Assembly: GCA_027451865.1 (NCBI GenBank)
Contig: DAIDHW010000005.1
Span: 1-64,000 of the forward strand
From: Leptolyngbyaceae cyanobacterium clean351
GTDB taxonomy: Bacteria > Cyanobacteriota > Cyanobacteriia > DAIDHW01
Length of the DNA: 64,000 bases
Direction: 5' to 3'
Made by a program: the position numbers and the translations under genes. The notes beneath the pieces are model-generated. The model did no database searches, was not told where the DNA came from, and worked only from the letters and a program-made list of their open reading frames with translations. Shown here one piece after another: positions 50,443 to 60,042 of this stretch; the first letter of the stretch is position 1, and the number at the start of each line of letters is the position of its first letter.

Positions 50443-50835
50443 TTAGTCCAAGACCGTTTCATCATCTAGTATTGCCCACTCTAGGCGAGCTTCCCGCAGC
50501 AAGGCGCCCGTCAAAAGCGCTCTGGTTAGGTTAGCTCCCCGTAGGTCAGCCCAACTCAAGTTAGCCTGGGTCAAGTTAGCCCCCCGCAGGTCAGCACCCC
50601 CTAGGTTGACACTCATTAAATTAGCCCCCTGGAGTTGGGCTTCGGCCAACTGAGCACCCCTAAGGTTAGAGCCACTTAAGTCTGCCCCTAGGAGCACTGC
50701 CCCCCGCAGATCTATAGACTGGAGGTTAGCCGCCTCGAGTCGGATTCCCTCCAGATGCAGGCCAGCCCAGTTTTGGCCGCGAAAGTCTCGCTCTCCGGCT
50801 CTGTAGAGTCGGCAAATTTCCCCCAGACTTGGCAT
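50443..50835 (-). CDS. Pentapeptide-repeat protein
   Basis: Consecutive A(D/N)LxxA(N/D)L pentapeptides (ADLSGSNLRGAQLAEAQLQGANLMSVNLGGADLRGANLTQANLSWADLRGANL). Confidence 0.85.
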   Translation of the reverse strand: MPSLGEICRLYRAGERDFRGQNWAGLHLEGIRLEAANLQSIDLRGAVLLGADLSGSNLRGAQLAEAQLQGANLMSVNLGGADLRGANLTQANLSWADLRGANLTRALLTGALLREARLEWAILDDETVLD

Positions 50836-50904
50836 GGTAGTGGTGAAATAACGGGAACTGGGGTTTATCCCCTAGACCCTAGCATCCCATAGACGGTCAG
50901 GAAG

Positions 50905-50934
50905 TTGCAAACCCCCAAGTTCTAGTGATAGAAT
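50905..50934 (+). promoter_or_regulatory. Candidate sigma70-type promoter for rpmI-rplT (TTGCAA-N18-TAGAAT)
   Basis: -35 TTGCAA at 50905-50910, 18-nt spacer, -10 TAGAAT at 50929-50934, about 30 nt upstream of the rpmI ATG (50964). Confidence 0.4.
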
Positions 50935-50963
50935 TAGGGACTGTGTCTTACATAACCCAGCTG

Positions 50964-51161
50964 ATGCCTAAACTAAAAACCCGCAAGGCAGCGGCCAAGC
51001 GCTTCCGGAGCACTGGCACCGGCAAGATTGTACGGCGTCACTCCATGCACAACCATCTGCTTGAGCACAAGCACCCCGGCCGGAAGCGGCACCTGAGTAA
51101 AACTGCCCTTGTAGATGAGCGGGATGCCGATAACGTCCGTTTGATGCTGCCCTACCTATAA
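50964..51161 (+). CDS. rpmI: 50S ribosomal protein L35
   Basis: [33 protein letters not shown]... is the bL35 signature. The ORF-track start at 50925 is an upstream extension. Confidence 0.92.
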   Translation: MPKLKTRKAAAKRFRSTGTGKIVRRHSMHNHLLEHKHPGRKRHLSKTALVDERDADNVRLMLPYL

Positions 51162-51181
51162 ATTATTGGGGATTTTGAACT

Positions 51182-51526
51182 ATGACCCGGGTCAAGCGCG
51201 GTAACGTTGCCCGCAAACGTCGCCAAAAGATTCTCAAACTAGCAAAAGGGTTTCGCGGCTCCCACTCGACTCTGTTTCGTACAGCTAACCAGCAGGTAAT
51301 GAAGGCCCTGCGCTACGCCTACCAAGACCGCCGCAAGCGCAAACGGGACTTTCGCCGCCTCTGGATTACCCGAATTAACGCCGCCGCCCGGCTGCACGGG
51401 CTTAGCTACAGCCAGCTGATCGGTCGCTTGAAAAAAGCTGACATTCTCCTTAATCGCAAGATGTTAGCTCAACTGGCGGTCCTGGAACCGGAGTGCTTCG
51501 CCCAGCTCGTGGCCAAGGTGGCCTAG
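51182..51526 (+). CDS. rplT: 50S ribosomal protein L20
   Basis: [26 protein letters not shown] is the canonical bL20 N-terminus. Confidence 0.93.
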   Translation: MTRVKRGNVARKRRQKILKLAKGFRGSHSTLFRTANQQVMKALRYAYQDRRKRKRDFRRLWITRINAAARLHGLSYSQLIGRLKKADILLNRKMLAQLAVLEPECFAQLVAKVA

Positions 51527-51527
51527 G

Positions 51528-52064
51528 GTGTTTAGCGAAGCCCTACCCCTGCTCTACCTGGTAGTCCTCCTGGCACTCCTGGGGGGCTCAGGCTGGGTGC
51601 TCGTGCGTCAAATCCTCAAAAGCCGGCGCATGGAAATTGATCTAGGTCATCTGCAGCAAAAGCTTAGCCGCGAAAAAGGTACTGCCCGGGAGCACTTCGA
51701 ACTAGGCAGTATTTTTCTGAGCAAGAAGCTCTATAGTCGAGCCGTCCAGGAGTTACAGCAGGTCTTTAAGGCCGAAACTTCCCTAGAAGACCCCCGGGAC
51801 TTAGCCCGGGCCTACAATGCCCTTGGGTACGCCTACTTTGCCCAACAGCAGTACGACCTGGCAATTCGCAACTACAAGCAGGCCCTAGAAGCGGCCCCAG
51901 ACTACTTAACAGCCATGAACAATCTTGGCCATGCTTACGAGGAAAAGAAACTCGAGGCCCAAGCCCTAGCTATCTACGAGCAAGCACTCACCCAGGACTC
52001 CAAAAACAGCACTGCCCTGCGGCGGGCAGAGGTGCTACGGCGCCGGGTCAACGGTAAGCCCTAG
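51528..52064 (+). CDS. TPR-repeat membrane-anchored protein (Ycf37-like)
   Basis: N-terminal TM helix LPLLYLVVLLALLGGSGWVLV followed by three TPR motifs (AYNALGYAYFAQQQYDLAIRNYKQALEAAPDY...). The size (178 aa) and architecture resemble the cyanobacterial/plastid Ycf37 family. Confidence 0.5.
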   Translation: MFSEALPLLYLVVLLALLGGSGWVLVRQILKSRRMEIDLGHLQQKLSREKGTAREHFELGSIFLSKKLYSRAVQELQQVFKAETSLEDPRDLARAYNALGYAYFAQQQYDLAIRNYKQALEAAPDYLTAMNNLGHAYEEKKLEAQALAIYEQALTQDSKNSTALRRAEVLRRRVNGKP

Positions 52065-52070
52065 GAGGCA

Positions 52071-53867
52071 TTAGGTGACCGGCAAATTCGCCGCCCCGGA
52101 GTAGACCAGACCCCGCTGCAGGTCGAGGGTCAGAATTTCCCCGTCTCGGATCGCTTTAGTGGCATCCTTGACCCCGACAATTACCGGCACTCCCAGGCGC
52201 ATACCAATTACCGCTGCGTGACTGGTGAGGCTAGCCTCCTCCGTAATGATCCCGGCAGCCTTGCGGATGGCTTCGACAAAGTCAGCGGAGGTGGCGGGGG
52301 CAACTAGTATATCACCCGGGTAAAAGTTGCTCGCCTCTAGGCTAGTATGGGCCACGCGCGCCCGGCCACTGACAGTGATTCCCTGGCCCAAGGCTACTCC
52401 CCGGCCTAATACAGCCGTGACGACTTCTACCTTGATAAGGTCAGTAGACCCAGAAATTCCCTGGAGGGTGCCGGAGGTCATCACCACTAGGTCTCCCTCC
52501 TGAACTAGATGCTTTTCCTGGGCTACATTGATTGCTGACTGGAAAGTTTGGCCAGTAGAGGGCAAATCCAAGAGTAGCAGGGGTCTGACCCCCCAGACTA
52601 ATTGCAGTTGCCGGGCCACATCCACATGGGGAGTAATCGCCAGGATCGGGGTCTGGGGGCGAAACTTGGAGACGTTACGCGCCGTAGCTCCAGTTTTAGT
52701 CAAGGTCATGATCGCTGCCGCCTCTAGGCGACTGGCAATTTCCCCCACCGCCTGACTGATAGAATCAGGCACGGAGACCCGACGACCGCGGGGCCGCTCA
52801 CTGGCATGGGGGGAGCTGAAGGACACGGGGTGCCGACCCTCGTGCTCAATCCTCTCCGCAATCCGGGCCATGGTAGCTACCGCCTCGACGGGGAAATTAC
52901 CCACAGCGGTTTCATTGGAGAGCATCACCGCATCGGTGCCATCAAGGATCGCATTGGCCACATCGGAAATTTCGGCCCGGGTGGGACGGGGATTGCTCAC
53001 CATGCTGTCCAGCATTTGGGTAGCCGTGATCACCGGGATCCCCAAACGGTTGGCGGTGGCAATCAGACGCTTTTGCAGGATCGGTACATCCTCGGCGGGC
53101 ACTTCCACCCCTAGATCTCCCCGGGCCACCATCACCCCGTCGCTGATGGAGAGAATTACCTCCATCTGCTCGATGGCCTCGTGCTTCTCAATCTTGGAGA
53201 TTACCGGCACGTGTTTACCGTAACTAGAGATTAGCTCCTTGATTTCAAGAACATCTTGGGGATTGCGCACAAAGCTTAGGGCCACCCAATCTACCCCCTG
53301 GTCTAACCCAAAGACCAAGTCCTGGCGGTCTTTATCCGTAAGAGCCTTAACTGAAAGGTACACTCCCGGGAAATTAACCCCCTTGTTATTGGAAAGAGTA
53401 CCGCCGACAACAACCCGACAGTGGAGCTCCTCTCGACCTAGGTCGAGGTCCTCAACCTGCATTTCTACCCGGCCGTCATCTAGCATGATCCGAGCTCCGG
53501 GGGGTACCTCCCGCGCCAAGTTGGGATAGGTAATCGAGCTGATGGCTTGGGTGCCCGGGACCGGCTGGCTAGTGAGGGTGAAGGGGTCTCCCTTCTGCAA
53601 GACCACTGGGCCCTGAGCAAATTTGCCGAGGCGAATCTTGGGACCTTGGAGGTCCTGGAGGATCGCCACCGGTTGATTTAATTCAAAGGAGGTGTTACGG
53701 ATGAGACGGATGTTGCGCTGGTGGTCGGCATGGGTGCCGTGGGAAAAGTTAAGGCGCAGGGTGGTTGCCCCCGCCTCGATCAGGGCCCGGAGCACCTCAG
53801 GAGAGCTAGTAGCAGGCCCGAGGGTAGCAACAATCTTGGTACGGCGTTGATAGGTAGGCGATGGCAT
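52071..53867 (-). CDS. pyk: Pyruvate kinase with C-terminal PEP-utilizer (mobile His) domain (start taken at MPSPTYQRRTKIVATLGP)
   Basis: RRTKIVATLGPAT N-terminus, MVARGDLGVE active-site block, C-terminal PEP-utilizing domain (ASLTSHAAVIGMRLGVPVIVG). Confidence 0.9.
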   Translation of the reverse strand: MPSPTYQRRTKIVATLGPATSSPEVLRALIEAGATTLRLNFSHGTHADHQRNIRLIRNTSFELNQPVAILQDLQGPKIRLGKFAQGPVVLQKGDPFTLTSQPVPGTQAISSITYPNLAREVPPGARIMLDDGRVEMQVEDLDLGREELHCRVVVGGTLSNNKGVNFPGVYLSVKALTDKDRQDLVFGLDQGVDWVALSFVRNPQDVLEIKELISSYGKHVPVISKIEKHEAIEQMEVILSISDGVMVARGDLGVEVPAEDVPILQKRLIATANRLGIPVITATQMLDSMVSNPRPTRAEISDVANAILDGTDAVMLSNETAVGNFPVEAVATMARIAERIEHEGRHPVSFSSPHASERPRGRRVSVPDSISQAVGEIASRLEAAAIMTLTKTGATARNVSKFRPQTPILAITPHVDVARQLQLVWGVRPLLLLDLPSTGQTFQSAINVAQEKHLVQEGDLVVMTSGTLQGISGSTDLIKVEVVTAVLGRGVALGQGITVSGRARVAHTSLEASNFYPGDILVAPATSADFVEAIRKAAGIITEEASLTSHAAVIGMRLGVPVIVGVKDATKAIRDGEILTLDLQRGLVYSGAANLPVT

Positions 53868-54034
53868 AGAAATAAAGTAAACAAAAAGGGTGATCGTTGC
53901 CAAGTTTTCTTTTGTCCCTCCCTTGGGGTAGGGAAATCCACCCTCGCCGGGGGGGCAGACGACTTGCCTTGCTCCCCAACCTTGGCTGACAATCTAAGGA
54001 GCAGACGTCCCCAAGACCCCTTGAGAAAGTAACT

Positions 54035-55930
54035 ATGACCATGATCAGCGAGAAAGGCAATATTACCATTCACACCGAGAGCATCTTCCCGATCATCAAA
54101 AAGTGGCTTTACTCAGACCATGAAATATTTTTGCGGGAGTTGGTATCGAACGGGGTAGATGCCATCCACAAACTGAGGATGTTAGCCCGCAGTGGTGAGT
54201 ACGACGGCGACTTGGGAGACCCAAAAATTGAAATTACTCTCGACAGAACTAACCAAACCCTAGCTATCCTAGATAACGGCCTGGGGATGACCGCGGCTGA
54301 GGTTAAACAATACATTAACCAGGTAGCCTTTTCCAGCGCCGAAGCCTTCGTGCAAAAATACCAAAGCAGCGACCCCCAACAAATTATTGGTCACTTTGGT
54401 CTTGGCTTCTACTCCGCTTTTATGGTCGCCAGCCGGGTGGAAATTGATACTTTGTCCTACCAGGCCGGTGCCCAGGCAGTGCATTGGTCCTGTGACGGCT
54501 CCACCGAGTTCACCCTAGAAGAATCCTCTCGTCCCGAGCGTGGGACAACGGTTACCCTCACCCTCCAGGCCGACGCCCTCGAATACCTAGAGCCCTCACG
54601 GGTACGCCAGCTGGTCAAGACCTACTGCGACTTTCTACCCGTCCCCATTTACCTGGATGGCGAACAGATCAATCGCCAGAAAGCCCCTTGGAAAGAGTCC
54701 CCCCAAAACCTTACCCGAGAAGATTACCTAGAGTTCTACCGCTACTTGTACCCTTTCCAGGAAGACCCCCTGCTCTGGGTGCACCTGAATACTGACTACC
54801 CCTTTGTGGTCAACGGCATTCTCTACTTCCCGAAGCTGCGCCCCGATGTGGATGTGACCAAAAGCCAGCTGAAGCTCTTCTGCAATCAAGTGTTTGTCAG
54901 CGACCACTGCGAGGAGGTAGTACCGAGATTCCTCTTACCCATGCAAGGGGTAATTGACAGCAGTGACATCCCCCTGAATGTATCTCGCAGTTTCCTGCAA
55001 AATGACCGCACCGTGCGGCGGATTGCCGACTATATCGCCAAGAAGGTGGGGGACCGGCTGAAGGAGGTGTACCGAAATGACCGACCCGCCTACATCAACT
55101 CCTGGCAAGACCTGGGCACCTTTGTTAAGTTTGGTGCCCTCAACGACGAGAAATTCCGCAAGCAGGTGGAAGAAGTCGTCATCTACCGCAGCACCGCCGA
55201 GCTCGGGGACCCCGCCTACACTAATTTGCAGGAATACCTAGAGCGCAACCGCAGTCGCCATGAAAACCGGGTGTTCTATTGTACTGACCCGGCCACCCAG
55301 GCCAGCTACGTGCAGCTGCACCGCGCCCAGGGTCTAGAGGTCTTGTTTATGGACTCCTTCATTGACACCCATTTCATTACCTTCCTGGAGCAGGAGTACA
55401 AGGACGTCAAGTTCTCCCGGGTAGATGCCGACTTAGATGATTCCCTAGTTCAGCCAGACCAGGGGACGGACCTAGTCGACCCCAAGACCAACAAGACCCG
55501 GCGGGAAACTATTCAAGATCTGTTCCGCCGCGCCCTAGACCTACCTAAGCTCACCATCCGCACTGAAGCCCTGCGGGGAGACAACCCGGAGAGCACTCCC
55601 CCTGCTATCGTCCTGCTGCCAGAAAACCAGCGCCGCCTACGGGATATGACCGCCATGATGACCCAGCAGCCCTTGAAACAATTCCCTGAAGAGCATACCC
55701 TGGTGGTGAATACTGCCCACCCTTTGATTCAGAACCTCCTGAGTCTGAGTCAAGGCAGCCTCCTTCAGGCGGATGGCCCGTCGCCCTCCGGAGAGCTAGC
55801 TACCCTAGTGTGTCAGCACGTCTACGACCTGGCACTGATGGCGCAAAAGGCCTTTGATGCTGAGACTATGCAAACCTTCCTTGAGCGGTCTAACCAGGTT
55901 TTGACCCGCTTAACCAACCTGAGGCCCTGA
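54035..55930 (+). CDS. htpG: Molecular chaperone HtpG (Hsp90)
   Basis: GHKL ATPase N-terminus (YSDHEIFLRELVSNGVDA, GHFGLGFYSAFMVA). 631 aa. Confidence 0.9.
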   Translation: MTMISEKGNITIHTESIFPIIKKWLYSDHEIFLRELVSNGVDAIHKLRMLARSGEYDGDLGDPKIEITLDRTNQTLAILDNGLGMTAAEVKQYINQVAFSSAEAFVQKYQSSDPQQIIGHFGLGFYSAFMVASRVEIDTLSYQAGAQAVHWSCDGSTEFTLEESSRPERGTTVTLTLQADALEYLEPSRVRQLVKTYCDFLPVPIYLDGEQINRQKAPWKESPQNLTREDYLEFYRYLYPFQEDPLLWVHLNTDYPFVVNGILYFPKLRPDVDVTKSQLKLFCNQVFVSDHCEEVVPRFLLPMQGVIDSSDIPLNVSRSFLQNDRTVRRIADYIAKKVGDRLKEVYRNDRPAYINSWQDLGTFVKFGALNDEKFRKQVEEVVIYRSTAELGDPAYTNLQEYLERNRSRHENRVFYCTDPATQASYVQLHRAQGLEVLFMDSFIDTHFITFLEQEYKDVKFSRVDADLDDSLVQPDQGTDLVDPKTNKTRRETIQDLFRRALDLPKLTIRTEALRGDNPESTPPAIVLLPENQRRLRDMTAMMTQQPLKQFPEEHTLVVNTAHPLIQNLLSLSQGSLLQADGPSPSGELATLVCQHVYDLALMAQKAFDAETMQTFLERSNQVLTRLTNLRP

Positions 55931-57123
55931 TGAATCTCAGTTTGTGCATGATCGTCAAGGATGAGGCAGCAAACCTCCCCCACTGTCTGCGCAGTGTCCA
56001 GGGTCTGGTAACGGAAATTGTGGTCCTTGATACGGGTTCCCAGGACCACACCCGGGAAATTGCCCGGGACTGGGGGGCGCGGGTTTACGACTGGACCTGG
56101 ACCCAGGACTTTGCTGCGGCCCGCAACGAGTCCCTGGCCAAGGCCGGGGGGGAGTGGGTCCTCGTCCTCGACGCCGATGAGGTCCTGCTACCAGAGACCT
56201 TCACCCCCCTACGGCAGGTGATGCAGCATCCCCACTACCTGGTAGTCAGTTTGGTGCGTCAGGAGCTCGGGTCGGCCCAGGCTCCCTACTCCCTGGTTTC
56301 CCGATTGTTCCGACGTCATTCAGGCCTGTACTTCTCCCGGCCCTACCACGAAACCATTGATGACAGCGTCCTGCAGGTGCAGCAACAGGAGCCCCACTGG
56401 CAGTCGCGCTACCTACCTCGGCCGGCCATTCAGCACACAGGCTACCAGGCCCAGGTCATCACCCAAGGCCAGAAGTTATGGCGGGGGAAGGCGGCGATGG
56501 AAAAGTACCTAGCCGATCATCCCCGGGACCCCTACCTAAGCAGCAAGTTGGGCGCCCTGTACCTCCAACTCGGAGAAGTAAAATCTGGTTTGAGGCTCCT
56601 GCGCCGGGCTCTCGCCCAACCGCACCTGAGCCCCCTGCTGCTCTACGAGGTCCACTACCACCTGGGAATTGCTTACACCCACCTGAGGCAGTACCCCAAG
56701 GCAGAGAAGCACTACCAGGCCGCCGCTTCTCAACCGGTCCTGCCAGAGCTGACCCTCGGGGCAAATAACAACTGGGGGAGCCTACGCAAGGAGCAGGGAG
56801 ACCTAGCAGGTGCCTGCCGCCTCTACCAGCGCACCCTAGAAATTGATCCTAACTTTGTCCTCGGCTATTACAATCTGGGCCTGGTCTACAAAACCCTAGG
56901 CAACCTATCAGCGGCCCTGCAGCACTACCACCAAGCGATTACCCTCCAGCCAGACTACGCCGAGGCTCACCAAAACTTGGGGGTAGTCCTATTCAAGCTA
57001 GGGCGTATGACCGAGGGACTAGAATCCTTTCGCCGAGCGATCGCTCTCCACGAGCACCAAGGTGCCCAGGGGGAGGCAATGCACCTGCGCCAGGGCCTAC
57101 AGGACATGGGGTTTACGGTTTGA
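55930..57123 (+). CDS. Family-2 glycosyltransferase fused to C-terminal TPR repeats
   Basis: GT2 N-terminus MNLSLCMIVKDEAANLPHCLRSV and DxD (VLDADE). Three or four TPR units at the C-terminus. Start overlaps the htpG stop (TGATG). Confidence 0.75.
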   Translation: MNLSLCMIVKDEAANLPHCLRSVQGLVTEIVVLDTGSQDHTREIARDWGARVYDWTWTQDFAAARNESLAKAGGEWVLVLDADEVLLPETFTPLRQVMQHPHYLVVSLVRQELGSAQAPYSLVSRLFRRHSGLYFSRPYHETIDDSVLQVQQQEPHWQSRYLPRPAIQHTGYQAQVITQGQKLWRGKAAMEKYLADHPRDPYLSSKLGALYLQLGEVKSGLRLLRRALAQPHLSPLLLYEVHYHLGIAYTHLRQYPKAEKHYQAAASQPVLPELTLGANNNWGSLRKEQGDLAGACRLYQRTLEIDPNFVLGYYNLGLVYKTLGNLSAALQHYHQAITLQPDYAEAHQNLGVVLFKLGRMTEGLESFRRAIALHEHQGAQGEAMHLRQGLQDMGFTV

Positions 57124-57142
57124 GTAAGGAGAATCACCACGC

Positions 57143-57724
57143 ATGTTAAGACTTAAACATTGGGTAGTCCTAGGAGGATTGGGAGCCGTGATGGGAGTAG
57201 CTACGGCGGCTGCCGCCCAGCTCCTCTCCCCCAATATGGCCGATGTTGAGGCGATGTTCGCCCCGCTGTTGCCAGAACTCAAACAGACGATCCCGGTGCA
57301 CCTACCCACCTACATTCCCGACCCCGGGGACAATAGCCGATACTACGCTACCCTGGAGTCAGCTGATCGACAGGGATACTACATTGTGATCGGCACTGTG
57401 CCTGGTTGTGATGGATCCGACTTCTGCCGCGTAGCCGAGGTCAAAGGCGAGCGGGTCACCCCTAACACCCCCCCCTTATACCTGGCCGATCCCGCCCCAA
57501 CCCCGGCCCCGGGGGCCCCGCCCTTGGCCCACTCACCGGAAAAGCCCGCCCCTGTGAACCTGGGCCATGGCCTCCACGGCTACTTTTTTCCCTGGGTAGC
57601 CGGCAACCCTTACCGAGATGCCGCCGTCATCTGGCAACAGGGCAAATACCGGTATCAGGTAGGGGCCAAAGCGGGAGTGCGCGCAGAAGTGGTGCACATG
57701 GCCGAGTCAGCGATTCAGCCCTGA
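57143..57724 (+). CDS. Hypothetical secreted protein with Pro/Ala-rich linker
   Basis: Signal peptide (LKHWVVLGGLGAVMGVATAAAAQ). No recognised domain. Confidence 0.4.
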   Translation: MLRLKHWVVLGGLGAVMGVATAAAAQLLSPNMADVEAMFAPLLPELKQTIPVHLPTYIPDPGDNSRYYATLESADRQGYYIVIGTVPGCDGSDFCRVAEVKGERVTPNTPPLYLADPAPTPAPGAPPLAHSPEKPAPVNLGHGLHGYFFPWVAGNPYRDAAVIWQQGKYRYQVGAKAGVRAEVVHMAESAIQP

Positions 57725-57856
57725 GATTATCAGCTCCGGTGAGGGCAAAAGCCACGGTTGGGGAATACTAAGTTGAACTTCATCCCGGCGCTGCCTCTCA
57801 GCAACCCCCCTGAAGGTTTGTTACAATTGCGGTACTAACGACCCTGTAGAGAGTTT

Positions 57857-58069
57857 ATGCCCCTCCAAGAAGGCCGATTGGGAGAGCTGTTAGTGCATCG
57901 CCGGTTGATCACTCGGGAGCAGCTAGAGCAGGCGCTGGAGCAGCAAAGACTATGTGACCGGCCCCTGGGAGAGATTCTGGTTGCCATGGACCTCATTGCC
58001 GAAGAGCACCTAGAGAGGATTCTGATTGAGCAGGGAATGCGGCGGCGGGGATTCTGGGTAATCGACTAG
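57857..58069 (+). CDS. Small stand-alone protein resembling the N-terminal domain of GspE/PilB-type secretion ATPases (T2SE_Nter-like)
   Basis: LGELLVHRRLITREQLEQALEQQR...PLGEILVAMDLIAEEHLERIL matches the LGELLV..G.IT.EQL..AL helix pair of T2SE N-terminal domains. 70 aa. Confidence 0.45.
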   Translation: MPLQEGRLGELLVHRRLITREQLEQALEQQRLCDRPLGEILVAMDLIAEEHLERILIEQGMRRRGFWVID

Positions 58070-58251
58070 TCTCGTGTACTCTATAAGTACTACTTAAATC
58101 CGCTGAGGTGTCGCTGGCAGTCCCTGGTGCGAGATGCTCCTGGAGACTTGCAGCCAAAGTGGCATTCTCAGGGAGAGATCAGCGGCTATCGGCCGCAGCT
58201 AAGCTGGGGATTGCTGTCATACTGGGGGGTAACCCAGGTTCCCTAGGAGGC

Positions 58252-59574
58252 ATGATGCGTAACCCTTTCCGAGTCATCCGGCAGTTTAGTAAAAGGGGTA
58301 TTAATCAACTTAAGGATTTTTTTAAGTTTCTCGGTCCGGGGTTTGTCACTGGGGCTGCCGATGATGATCCGTCAGGAGTTTTAACCTTCTCCCAGGCTGG
58401 GGCTACCTATGGACTTGCCCTTCTATGGCTGGCCCCTTTTGTGTTTCCCCTAATGATTTGTATCCAGGAAATGAGTGCTCGTATTGGTTTAGTCACCCAC
58501 CGGGGCATTATTAAAATTATCAAGGATGAGTACCCACCCTACGTCCTCTGGTTGGTAGGGCTGATTACGGTGCCGGCAGTAATTGTCAATGTGGGGTCTG
58601 ATCTACTAGCGATGGGAGCCGTCTCCCACATGCTGTTCCCCCAGGTTCCTACCAATGTATTTAGTGTTATTGCTGGTTTGGTTATTGCCTTTTCTCTGGT
58701 CTTGTTTCCCTACGAACAAACCGCCAACGCCCTCAAGTGGGTGGCCTGTGTCCTAGCAGTATATTTGTTTGTCCCTTTTTTTGTCAAACAAGACTGGCTG
58801 TTGGTCATGCGGTCCCTGGTAGTGCCGGAAATTCATCTCGATCCCCAGTTTATCTTCACCATTGGTACGGTCCTGGGTACGAATATTTCCGCCTACCTAT
58901 TCTTCTGGGAATCTTCCATGGAGGTGGACCACTCCGAACATAAGTACGGCCGCCTATTTAAGGACCCGGCCCTAGCTATCCCTAACCTGGAGCAGGAAGT
59001 AAAGGCCATGCAGAAGGACAATGCCTTGGGTATGAGTGTGGCAGTTTTGATCATGTTTTTTGTCATGTGGACCTACGGCAGCACCGTCTACCACCAGGGG
59101 TTAACCAGTATCAATACCGTCGACCAAGCAGCTAAAGCTCTAATCCCCCTGGCGGGAAATTTTGCCTACCTGCTGTTTGCCATCGGTATTCTGGCCTCGG
59201 GGCTGGTGTCTGTGCCAGTCCTGGCCGGTACCTGTGGCTACATTACCGCTGAAGCTTTCGGTCATCCCCGGGGTATGGATAAGAAACTCTACGAGGCCAA
59301 GATATTTTACCTGGTGATCTTTCTGTCTATCCTCCTGAGTTTGGGGATGGACTTGACGGGGATTGGGGCGGTGCAGGCCCTACTGTTTTCAGCTGTAGTC
59401 TACGCAGTCACCGTCCCCCCTACCCTCTGGTATATCCTGAAGATCAGCAATGACCGGCGGGTCATGGGCCGGTTCACCAACGGCATTTGGAGTAACATCG
59501 TAGGCTACTTCACCTTCTTCCTGATGTCCATTACTGCCCTAGGCCTGATCTGGACTACCTTCAGGGGGTCTTGA
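58252..59574 (+). CDS. mntH: NRAMP-family divalent metal (Mn2+/Fe2+) transporter (start taken at MMRNPF with AGGAGG RBS; the ORF extends to 58108)
   Basis: GPGFVTGAADDDPSGV (NRAMP DPGN-like block). Eleven to twelve TM architecture. MPGN-like region in TM6. Confidence 0.8.
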   Translation: MMRNPFRVIRQFSKRGINQLKDFFKFLGPGFVTGAADDDPSGVLTFSQAGATYGLALLWLAPFVFPLMICIQEMSARIGLVTHRGIIKIIKDEYPPYVLWLVGLITVPAVIVNVGSDLLAMGAVSHMLFPQVPTNVFSVIAGLVIAFSLVLFPYEQTANALKWVACVLAVYLFVPFFVKQDWLLVMRSLVVPEIHLDPQFIFTIGTVLGTNISAYLFFWESSMEVDHSEHKYGRLFKDPALAIPNLEQEVKAMQKDNALGMSVAVLIMFFVMWTYGSTVYHQGLTSINTVDQAAKALIPLAGNFAYLLFAIGILASGLVSVPVLAGTCGYITAEAFGHPRGMDKKLYEAKIFYLVIFLSILLSLGMDLTGIGAVQALLFSAVVYAVTVPPTLWYILKISNDRRVMGRFTNGIWSNIVGYFTFFLMSITALGLIWTTFRGS

Positions 59575-59622
59575 AGGACTGCTAACCCCTAGCCACCTAG
59601 ATTTCCTCTCCCCTAAATCCCC

Positions 59623-60042
59623 ATGCAAGAATCTCTCCCTGACCCGTCCCCGGAGGAGCTCTATCCTCCCCTCAAGTATGGGGAGAGGGCCATCGTCAGC
59701 GGTAAACTAACCACCTTCCCCAATCCCCGCCCCGGGCGGCCCTACGAGGTGCGAATCACCCTCCCGGAGTTCACCTGCAAATGTCCTTTTTCAGGGTATC
59801 CGGATTTTGCCACCATCACCCTCACCTACACCCCAGACACCACCGTGGTAGAACTTAAATCCCTCAAGCTCTACATCAATGGTTACCGGGACCGCTACAT
59901 TTCCCATGAGGAGGCAGTAAACCAAATCATGGATGACTTTGTCGAGGCCTGTCCTCCCCTAAAAGCCCGGGTGCAGGGAGACTTTTCCCCCCGAGGCAAC
60001 GTCCATATGCTGGTGGAAGTAACCTACGAACAGCCGTGTTAG
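59623..60042 (+). CDS. queF: NADPH-dependent 7-cyano-7-deazaguanine (preQ0) reductase
   Basis: [24 protein letters not shown] and [14 protein letters not shown] are QueF type-I signatures. 139 aa. Confidence 0.9.
   Translation: MQESLPDPSPEELYPPLKYGERAIVSGKLTTFPNPRPGRPYEVRITLPEFTCKCPFSGYPDFATITLTYTPDTTVVELKSLKLYINGYRDRYISHEEAVNQIMDDFVEACPPLKARVQGDFSPRGNVHMLVEVTYEQPC

Noticed and set aside
58070-58251. Mn (yybP-ykoY) riboswitch upstream of mntH
   Set aside because: I could not recognise the conserved riboswitch helices or loops by eye. This is kept only as a low-confidence regulatory-leader note in findings.
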